A stretch of 64,000 nucleotides of DNA, taken from NCBI GenBank assembly GCA_037441285.1, contig JBBISL010000004.1:1-64000 (forward strand), read 5' to 3'. The first letter of the stretch is position 1. Each line of letters starts with the position of its first letter. This DNA is from a candidate division WOR-3 bacterium. GTDB lineage: Bacteria; Hydrothermota; Tepidihabitantia; Tepidihabitantales; Tepidihabitantaceae. Of the stretch, positions 20,088-27,765 are shown piece after piece. The notes beneath the pieces were generated by a model. That model made no database searches. It saw nothing but the letters and a program-made list of their open reading frames with translations, and was not told where the DNA came from. The position numbers were made by a program, and so were the translations under genes.

Positions 20088-21764
20088 ATGAAAATCCCAA
20101 AAGTATTACTGCTCCTGATTGTACTCCTGGTTGGTTCTGGTGCCAGCCAGATTCCCTTGCCCGCGGCGCCCGACTGGAGTTCCATTGACACCGACTACTC
20201 GACCGGCGGTGCCTTTGCCGACATCGACGGCAACGGCTATCTGGACTTTTGCATTTCCAATGGCAACGATATGGCAGCGAACTCCAACTCGGTCTATTTC
20301 AATCAAAACGGCATCCTTGAAACCGTTGCCTCCTGGCGGTCATCAGACCTGGGTTATTTCGGTCACTGCTATACCGGCGATATTGACAACGACGGCGACC
20401 AGGATTTTGCGGTTGCTTATCTTGGCGACTATCAGAACCCGAGCGAACTTTGCGTCCGGGTTTACCGTAACACCGGCACCGGCCTTGAGCCACTTCCCTT
20501 TTGGAAGGCAAAAGACTCGGTCTCTTCCTTTGACTGCTGTCTTGGCGATTTTGACCTTGATGGTGACCTTGACCTTGCCATCAGTGCCGGTGACGCCTAT
20601 CGGGGACAACTGGACCGGGTCCGGATTTACCGCAACAATCAGGGCATATTTGACACCCTGCCCTGCTGGTATGCGAAACTGGACACCGCTTCCGATGCAA
20701 TCCGTTTTGCCGATATCGACAACGACGGCGATTTGGACCTGTTCGTGGGCCACCGGCGCAAGGTAGTGATGTATCGCAACAACAACGGTTCATTTGACAC
20801 CATTCCTCAATGGGTTGTACGCCAGGGAATCGGCTGGGTGCTGCGTCTGGAACTGGGCGATTACGACCAGGACGGTTATCTTGACCTTGCGATTGCCGCC
20901 AACGACCAGCTTGGTGACCCAAACGGCATAAAAGTTTTCCATAACATTCAGGGCACCCTTGATACGGTTGCAGCATTTACGATGCAAACACGCGGGACAT
21001 CACTTTACTCCTCCTGTGTTGCCTGGGGCGATGTGAACGGCGACGGATTTCCCGAACTGGCAGCGGGTGGCTGGTGGAAGCCGGTTGTGGTCTATCCCAA
21101 CCACGGTGGTATCATTGACACCATACCCGCCTGGTCCTGGCAACCTTCTAATCCAAACAACCTTGTTTGTGAAGCATTGGTCTGGACCGATGTGCGCAAT
21201 TTGCATTTGACCGCCTGCACCGAGCGCCATAATGGTGATGGTATCCGGAAACTTTTTAACCTCACGAACCGTCCGATTCAATTTCTCGACAGCGTGAAGG
21301 TCAACGACTCTATTGTCCCGATTTCTGCATACTGTTACGACCCCCATCTCGCCTGGTGTAGTTTTACCACACCCCCACCATCCGGAACCGACAATGTTGT
21401 ATTCTACTACCGTTACTCCACCACTCCGGACCTTGCCGTTACCAACTGGGCGCCCACTCCGGGCAATCACCTTTTCTTAAACACCACACCCACGGCAATT
21501 GCTCAAAATCAACCATCACTGCGCCAAAATGTCCCCACTATTGCTGTCTATCCCAATCCCGCATCCGGACCGGTCCTGCTCACAACTTCCGGACCAACAC
21601 CGTCAACCGTCGAAATTTATTCTCAGGACGGCAGGTTAATCGAAAAACTCAATATCAAGCAAAGTTCCAAAGTCTGGTACAATCGCAAACTGCCCAACGG
21701 CGTTTACTTCATCAAGGCTCCTGGATATGCACCGGTAAAATTTTTGCGGGTAGAAGGCAGATAA
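20088..21764 (+). CDS. Secreted FG-GAP repeat protein with T9SS-like C-terminal domain
   Basis: Signal peptide; repeats D(I/F/Y/V)D.DGD.DLA; C-terminal YPNP...YSQDGR...LPNGVYF. Confidence 0.85.
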   Translation: MKIPKVLLLLIVLLVGSGASQIPLPAAPDWSSIDTDYSTGGAFADIDGNGYLDFCISNGNDMAANSNSVYFNQNGILETVASWRSSDLGYFGHCYTGDIDNDGDQDFAVAYLGDYQNPSELCVRVYRNTGTGLEPLPFWKAKDSVSSFDCCLGDFDLDGDLDLAISAGDAYRGQLDRVRIYRNNQGIFDTLPCWYAKLDTASDAIRFADIDNDGDLDLFVGHRRKVVMYRNNNGSFDTIPQWVVRQGIGWVLRLELGDYDQDGYLDLAIAANDQLGDPNGIKVFHNIQGTLDTVAAFTMQTRGTSLYSSCVAWGDVNGDGFPELAAGGWWKPVVVYPNHGGIIDTIPAWSWQPSNPNNLVCEALVWTDVRNLHLTACTERHNGDGIRKLFNLTNRPIQFLDSVKVNDSIVPISAYCYDPHLAWCSFTTPPPSGTDNVVFYYRYSTTPDLAVTNWAPTPGNHLFLNTTPTAIAQNQPSLRQNVPTIAVYPNPASGPVLLTTSGPTPSTVEIYSQDGRLIEKLNIKQSSKVWYNRKLPNGVYFIKAPGYAPVKFLRVEGR

Positions 21765-21773
21765 GAGGCGACT

Positions 21774-22559
21774 ATGGCTTCACCCGAACAAATTCCCGGT
21801 GAACTGCTCAACCGCATCGCCCGTTTCGGCCGGCTTTATCTCCTCGAAACAGTAACATCAACGAATGATTTTGCCTTCTCGCTTGCCGGGAAAAAAGAAC
21901 CAGCCATCATTGTCGCTCAAAAACAGACCAGAGGCCGGGGCCGATTTCGCCGACGCTGGTTTGCTGATGAAAACAGCCTGACCTTCTCCATTTTACTCTT
22001 TCCCCGATTAGACCAGTCCACCCTGTCTTTTTCGCCTGCGACAATAACCCAGATTGCGGGCTTGGCGCTCTGTCAAACCATTGAAACTCTACCCGTCAAC
22101 GCCGACCCACAATCCTTTCCCAAACCAATGCTCCGCTGGCCCAATGATGTCCTCCTCGACGGAAAAAAAGTTGCCGGCATTCTCTGTGAACAAAGAAACG
22201 AGGCACTGGTATTGGGTGTCGGTGTTAATGTCAACCAGTCAACAATACCCGAAAACCTGCCGGAAGCCACATCCCTTCGGCTTGTATACCACCAGCCCAT
22301 TGGCCGGATGGTACTTCTCGAAAAATTTCTCACCAACCTCTTCACCCTTCTGGAAAAATTGCAGCACGACCGGAAAACCATCTGGGATGAAGTCCGTTCT
22401 CGCTCCGCAATCCTCCATCACCGGGTTGAGATTAAAACCCTGCTGCGGCGACATATCGGCACGGTCATTGACATTGACGATGAAGGTCGGGTTATTCTTC
22501 GCACCGACTCCGGCAAACTGGCGTTGTTCAGCGCTGGACAGGTTCGTCAACTCCGATGA
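21774..22559 (+). CDS. birA: Biotin-[acetyl-CoA carboxylase] ligase (no HTH)
   Basis: STND, QTRGRGR, WPND, KVAGIL, GVGVN. Confidence 0.93.
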   Translation: MASPEQIPGELLNRIARFGRLYLLETVTSTNDFAFSLAGKKEPAIIVAQKQTRGRGRFRRRWFADENSLTFSILLFPRLDQSTLSFSPATITQIAGLALCQTIETLPVNADPQSFPKPMLRWPNDVLLDGKKVAGILCEQRNEALVLGVGVNVNQSTIPENLPEATSLRLVYHQPIGRMVLLEKFLTNLFTLLEKLQHDRKTIWDEVRSRSAILHHRVEIKTLLRRHIGTVIDIDDEGRVILRTDSGKLALFSAGQVRQLR

Positions 22560-23290
22560 TTCTCACCGTCCTGGTCGGTAATTTTAACACCCGGCTCATC
22601 CTGTGGGATAACAATCGTATCAAGATGCGGAAAATCTTACCCACAAGCCAGGTGTCAGACCGACTGAATCGGCTCATCCCCACCCGTGCGCTGAAAGGCG
22701 CCGCAATCGCTTCGGTTGTACCCAGAGTTACCTTACAGTTATATCGCGCCCTCTGTCAGCACACTAAAACCTTACTTGTCACTACCCGCACCCCCACACC
22801 CCTGAAAATTGTTTACCGCCGGAAGTTGCTCGGTATCGACCGGCTCTGTGCTGCGGTCGGTGGCTTTCTCCGCTATCAACGGGACCTTATTGTTATTGAC
22901 TTCGGCACCGCCATAACCTTCAACATCGTCCACTACCGAGAAAAGACATTGCTCGGCGGTCCAATCCTGCCCAATGCCCGGATAATGCTTGCCGCCCTTG
23001 CTGACCATACCGGCCAGTTGCCGATGGTTAAAATGCGCCCGCGCGAAAATCCAGTTGTTATAACTACCAGCAGCGCCATCCAGTCAGGTGTTTTTAACCT
23101 GATTCTCGGTGGCATTAACCGAATAATTGAACAAATCCGCTGCCGGACAAAGGCGCGTTATCAGATTATCGCCACTGGTGGTGGAGCCCAATTTTTTAGT
23201 AAAAGATGTCAACTGATTAACAAAGTTGACCCGGAACTCACCAGTTTCGGGTTGGCTCAAATATACTACTTTAACCGGAGGACAAAATGA
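22556..23290 (+). CDS. coaX: Type III pantothenate kinase
   Basis: ASVVP, LGIDR, IDFGTAIT, GG.I.P, ATGG; located after birA. Confidence 0.88.
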   Translation: MILTVLVGNFNTRLILWDNNRIKMRKILPTSQVSDRLNRLIPTRALKGAAIASVVPRVTLQLYRALCQHTKTLLVTTRTPTPLKIVYRRKLLGIDRLCAAVGGFLRYQRDLIVIDFGTAITFNIVHYREKTLLGGPILPNARIMLAALADHTGQLPMVKMRPRENPVVITTSSAIQSGVFNLILGGINRIIEQIRCRTKARYQIIATGGGAQFFSKRCQLINKVDPELTSFGLAQIYYFNRRTK

Positions 23291-23847
23291 ACTCTCCTAA
23301 TAAAACTGGTGTTTTTATCGATGTTCAGAATGTTCAGGAAACATTTGAAAGACAGGGTAAAGAGGTTCGTTACGATGCAGTTATCCGTCATATACTGACC
23401 ACGGGACACCGGGAACGGGAAAGTTGTAAGTTCGTCGCGTTTGTCCCATTCCGTCGTGACGATGAACGACGCCAGCGTTTGATCGACGCCCTATCGTTTC
23501 AGGGTTACCGGGTAGTTGCTAAACCGGTGCGGGAAAGACCGGACGGCACAATCAAAGCCAATATGGACATCGAAATCACCCTCGAGATTCTCTCAATGAG
23601 TGACTGGCTCGATGAAATTGTCCTTGTAACCGGTGACGGTGATTTTGTCGCTCTTGTCGACTGGCTCTCAAAACGGGGTAAGCGCGTTATATCAATCGGC
23701 CTGGGCCGGGGTTTCACCTCGGTCGAATTGATTCGTGCCTGTGACGAATACATTAACCTTGATGAAATTGAAGGAGCGGTGAAAGCACAATTTCCCAATA
23801 AGGAGTGGGAACAACCACCTCCGGGAACGACTCTGCCCGCTCCATGA
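23287..23847 (+). CDS. NYN-domain (LabA-like) protein
   Basis: FIDVQN, KANMDIEI, LVTGDGDFV, L..ACDEY. Confidence 0.9.
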   Translation: MNSPNKTGVFIDVQNVQETFERQGKEVRYDAVIRHILTTGHRERESCKFVAFVPFRRDDERRQRLIDALSFQGYRVVAKPVRERPDGTIKANMDIEITLEILSMSDWLDEIVLVTGDGDFVALVDWLSKRGKRVISIGLGRGFTSVELIRACDEYINLDEIEGAVKAQFPNKEWEQPPPGTTLPAP

Positions 23848-24536
23848 ATCAGGTCTATCTTGCGCTCGACACCAGCGGTATTCGGACCGCGCTGGCGCTG
23901 GTCCAGAACGATAAGCCGCTCTACGAAACCACGACCACCGCGCCCTATGGCCATAATGAAAAACTGCTCGATTTAATAAAAGAAGCGCTCGACCAGACCG
24001 GACTAACATTAAAGCACATCACCGCAATCGGACTCACCATCGGTCCCGGTATGTTCACATCCCTGCGGGTGGGATTGAGTGTCGCAAAAGGACTTGCCTT
24101 AACCGGAAAACTGCCTGTTAAAGGGGTCAATACACTTTATGCCCTTGCCGCAACCGCGGGTGAACATTCCCGTCCGGTGCTGGCGTTAATTGATGCCCGG
24201 CGCGCTCAACTCTATGTTGGTTTTTACCATAAAAGCAACGCCCTTTTAAGACCAACAGTTCTCTCTCCGGAACAACTACCAGCAATCATTTCGCAACTCC
24301 AGTTGACCACCGCTCTACTCTCGATTGCCGGTGATGGCGCTCGAATTGCTATGCCACTCCTCAACCAACTCGGTATCGCTCTTGAACATACTGGCGTCTT
24401 GTATCCGTCACCAATTACGGTGGCACAAATCGCCCGAAAACTACTTGACCGGGAAGGACCGGACGACATTAACGAACTTGAACCACTTTACCTGCGCCGA
24501 ACCGATGCCGAATTAAAACGGACGGGCATTGGTTAA
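23844..24536 (+). CDS. tsaB: tRNA t6A biosynthesis protein TsaB
   Basis: LALDTS, GPGMFTSLRVG, IDARR, LEPLYLR. Confidence 0.93.
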   Translation: MNQVYLALDTSGIRTALALVQNDKPLYETTTTAPYGHNEKLLDLIKEALDQTGLTLKHITAIGLTIGPGMFTSLRVGLSVAKGLALTGKLPVKGVNTLYALAATAGEHSRPVLALIDARRAQLYVGFYHKSNALLRPTVLSPEQLPAIISQLQLTTALLSIAGDGARIAMPLLNQLGIALEHTGVLYPSPITVAQIARKLLDREGPDDINELEPLYLRRTDAELKRTGIG

Positions 24537-25507
24537 AGCACCGCCTGTAACTGAGCAATCACACCCTGATACCCCCAATCGCCAATCAGAGTGTGATACT
24601 GATACCCGATAAGGACCTTCAATCTCCCCTCAATAATATCCAGCCCCAGCGAAGCCAGCGCCCGTCCCTGCAATTTGCCGTTATCCCGGGAAATCATTTC
24701 CAGGCGAGTTCCAGGCACAAAAAAACCAAAATCGTTACTTCCTTCAATAAATCCTGCAACCGTCACCCGGTTCTGAAATCGTCGGTAAACAAACTCCATT
24801 TGGGACAAAAACCCCTTTTCCTGCAATCGTGCCTCACCCGCAAGCCCTAACCAGCGCACCGCCTCCGGATAAACCCACCCGTAATATCCACTAACACCAA
24901 ACCAGATGTTCTTCTCGGCGAAAGGCTTGCCGAGAAAACGACCACTAATATCCTTCCAGCCGTTGTTGTCCCCGCTATTCGGCCCTGACCCATTGACAAT
25001 GGTGCCAAACAATCGGTAATCAAATTTTCCCGGACAGGGTGGAGCATAGGACAAAGTTAGTCCAATATCCCGGATATCACCTGGTTTAAGCACCTCCGAA
25101 TACAGAAGCGAATAGTCCTCCAGTCTCAAATCCTGTTCCCGGGTTTCGCTCTCAAAATTAAGCGGGGTTTTAAACTGTCCGAGACGCAGCACCAATCCGT
25201 TTTCCCCCCGGAAATCGACAAACAGGTCACGCAGATAGAGACGGCTAAAATCAAACTCCATCCGGGCGCCAACCCCTTTCGCCACTTGACCGTTCAATCC
25301 CAAGACCGCCAGCTGTCTTTGAAACTCAAACCCGGTTGTTACCCATCCGCTGTTGTCTATTCCCTCCCAGAACAGGGCATAAACTTTAACAACGCCATCA
25401 ACCGTCAATCGGTCGGGCACAACGGTGATTTCAGCATACAAACGGGAATTGGGCTGATAAATTACAATTCCTGCAACTACCCAGAAAAGAATTGCCCTAC
25501 GCCTCAC
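24533..25507 (-). CDS. Outer-membrane porin (OprO/OprP-like)
   Basis: Signal peptide; LRLGQFKTP..FE, RDIGL, NGSG.N..DNN..KD..GR; amphipathic beta strands ending QLQAVL. Confidence 0.75.
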   Translation of the reverse strand: MRRRAILFWVVAGIVIYQPNSRLYAEITVVPDRLTVDGVVKVYALFWEGIDNSGWVTTGFEFQRQLAVLGLNGQVAKGVGARMEFDFSRLYLRDLFVDFRGENGLVLRLGQFKTPLNFESETREQDLRLEDYSLLYSEVLKPGDIRDIGLTLSYAPPCPGKFDYRLFGTIVNGSGPNSGDNNGWKDISGRFLGKPFAEKNIWFGVSGYYGWVYPEAVRWLGLAGEARLQEKGFLSQMEFVYRRFQNRVTVAGFIEGSNDFGFFVPGTRLEMISRDNGKLQGRALASLGLDIIEGRLKVLIGYQYHTLIGDWGYQGVIAQLQAVL

Positions 25508-25531
25508 TAAGTCACCTTGTTATTCAAAAAA

Positions 25532-25626
25532 TGGCGGAGGCGGGTAGGAATCGAACCTACCGGTCCACTTATCGCAGACCATACGGATTTGAAGTCCGCC
25601 AGGCACACCAGCACCCATCCGCCTCC
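25532..25626 (-). tRNA. selC: tRNA-Sec (anticodon UCA), 95 nt, CCA encoded
   Basis: 8-bp acceptor GGAGGCGG/CCGCCTCC + GCCA; 6-bp D stem GGGTGC-TGGT-GTGCCT; anticodon arm GCGGA-CTTCAAA-TCCGT; long variable arm TGGTCTGC-GATAA-GTGGACCG; 5-bp T arm GTAGG-TTCGATT-CCTAC. Confidence 0.97.
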
Positions 25627-25636
25627 GCATACGCCG

Positions 25637-27607
25637 TTAATGCTGGACAATAACCTTCCTTACCTCCTTGCGTCCAGCGTCGTCCACCTGAAGGAAGTAC
25701 ACCCCTGCGGGTAACCTACGAACATCCAGTCTCAATGTTCTTGACCCGCTACCACCATCACTATTGAAGGCGAAGTTCCATTTCTGCACCAGTGCACCGG
25801 TCCGGTCATACATCCGAAGATTAACATTTCCCATCGGCGTTCCGGTTAAATGCACCAGCCCCTCGGAACGGACCGGGTTCGGAGCAACCGTTACCGCCGA
25901 TATCCCGGAAAACCGCTTCGGTTCGGCAACCGCCACGCTCTCCTCCCAGACCACAACTTCCGCCCGGAGGGTATCGTTAAACCGCCGTTCATCTTCAGAT
26001 AGTTCACTCCAGGATGTGACGCTAAATAATCCGCTGCTCTCAGCCCGAAAAACACCAAATTCTATTGTATCAAGCATCCCGGGAGTGAGAGTCAACCAGA
26101 CACTATCACGATAATCACCTGGACTCACTGCCAGTTTTATCCAGCAACTGTCCCGATTTATCGATAGGTTTTTCACCACCCCCACCGGTACAAATGAATC
26201 TTCAATCCATAACGACTCCGGAACAACCAGGGCGGTCATAGCAAAATCGTGCTGTACCTCGTAAAACTTCCCGATTAGCAGGTCGTAACTGGTTGAGTCG
26301 TTAAAACTCGCACCGCCGATATAGATGAACCCATTGCGGCTTGTAACAATCCGGTAGCCCAGGTCTTCATTATGACTTGCCGGATCGTCCCAGAGATAAG
26401 AATAAAGCACATTGCCGCTGTTATCGTATTTCAGCACCCCAACATCACGAACCGTAGACCGCGTATCAACATTCCCAATCACCAGCACTTGACCTAAAGA
26501 GTCAACGACAATATCCATTCCTTCATCTTCTAAACTGGCGCCATCGTAACGCTGGGTCCAGCGTGGCACTCCGGCTGGTGTGTAAGACACCGTGGCAATG
26601 TCATAATCGGTTACATCATCAAGACTTGTGCCGGTGACAAACACATTTCCGGAAACGTCCAGCGTCAACCCGTAAAGCAAATCCTCATTATTGGCTGGAT
26701 AACGGTTGTAAGCACGTGCCCAGAGTGAATCGCCGTTTCGGCTATACTTCATTGTGAAATAGTTGTAATCCTGATTGTCATCATAAACAATGCCGCCGAT
26801 GACAATTGTCCTGGTTACCGGGTCGAATTTAATCTTCATTCCGTAATCATCGCCCACCCACGGGTAGTTATTCTTGCGCCGCAACCAGCTACGCGTGCCA
26901 GCTGGGGTATAGCGGATTGTTGCGATATCGTAATCGGTGCCGTCATCGTAACTGGTGCCGGTAACATAAACATTGTTCGAGTCGTCAACGCAAATAGCAT
27001 AAGCGATGTCTTCATCATATTCAGGTGTTCGGTTGTAGTACCTTAACCATACGGTATCGCCGGTTGCTCCGTTGTAACAGATAGTGCAGTAATCGATATT
27101 ACCAATACTATCTGAACAGTAACCGGTAACAATCAGCCTGCCCAATCGGTCCAGAACGAGCGCCAGCGCCGCGTCGTCCTGATTAAACGCCCGGCTCCAG
27201 GTCTTTGCCCAGAGCAACTGACCGGTCGCGGAATATTTCATCGTCACCCAATCAATATCTGCCACGGTGTCAATCGTCCAACCACAAACATAAACCTGAC
27301 CCAGACTGTCCACCACCAGTGCCGCGGCTGAGTCGTCCTGATGCACTCTGCCATCATAGGTGGCGCTCCAGATTAGTTGACCGGCTGAATCGTACTTCTG
27401 GACGATGATATCTGAAGTAGGTGGTGTGGTAACCGTGACCCCGGTCACAAAAACATTACCAGCGTTATCAACCACCATATCAGAAAATATCTCTTCGTTA
27501 TTACCGATGCCATCAAACTGCCGCAACCAGGCGGTATCAAGCTGAGCAATCGCGGTTCCGAATAATGACACCGTTATCAGAACAAACATCTGACAGATAT
27601 GTTTCAT
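25637..27607 (-). CDS. Secreted SBBP-type beta-propeller repeat protein with CARDB-like and T9SS-like C-terminal domains
   Basis: SD GAGGAGG, signal peptide; repeats D..GNV(F/Y)VTG...D..T.KY...G..LW; C-terminal APNP...YDRTG...LPAGVYF. Confidence 0.85.
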   Translation of the reverse strand: MKHICQMFVLITVSLFGTAIAQLDTAWLRQFDGIGNNEEIFSDMVVDNAGNVFVTGVTVTTPPTSDIIVQKYDSAGQLIWSATYDGRVHQDDSAAALVVDSLGQVYVCGWTIDTVADIDWVTMKYSATGQLLWAKTWSRAFNQDDAALALVLDRLGRLIVTGYCSDSIGNIDYCTICYNGATGDTVWLRYYNRTPEYDEDIAYAICVDDSNNVYVTGTSYDDGTDYDIATIRYTPAGTRSWLRRKNNYPWVGDDYGMKIKFDPVTRTIVIGGIVYDDNQDYNYFTMKYSRNGDSLWARAYNRYPANNEDLLYGLTLDVSGNVFVTGTSLDDVTDYDIATVSYTPAGVPRWTQRYDGASLEDEGMDIVVDSLGQVLVIGNVDTRSTVRDVGVLKYDNSGNVLYSYLWDDPASHNEDLGYRIVTSRNGFIYIGGASFNDSTSYDLLIGKFYEVQHDFAMTALVVPESLWIEDSFVPVGVVKNLSINRDSCWIKLAVSPGDYRDSVWLTLTPGMLDTIEFGVFRAESSGLFSVTSWSELSEDERRFNDTLRAEVVVWEESVAVAEPKRFSGISAVTVAPNPVRSEGLVHLTGTPMGNVNLRMYDRTGALVQKWNFAFNSDGGSGSRTLRLDVRRLPAGVYFLQVDDAGRKEVRKVIVQH

Positions 27608-27765
27608 TTGTCCTCCTCGCGGATAATTTTATTCATCTTTTACAATTTACCGCCAAATCCCCCTCCTGTCAATCCATACCAACAGTTATGCAACGCTTGA
27701 CCAAAAACAAATTATTGACATATTTATATCTAATAAGTTATAAGTTAAACGAAAGGAGCAACGCG

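Noticed and set aside
20119..20766. 215-aa alternative-frame ORF and the many other short shadow ORFs in the track
   Set aside because: They overlap well-supported genes, have low-information composition and lack initiation signals.
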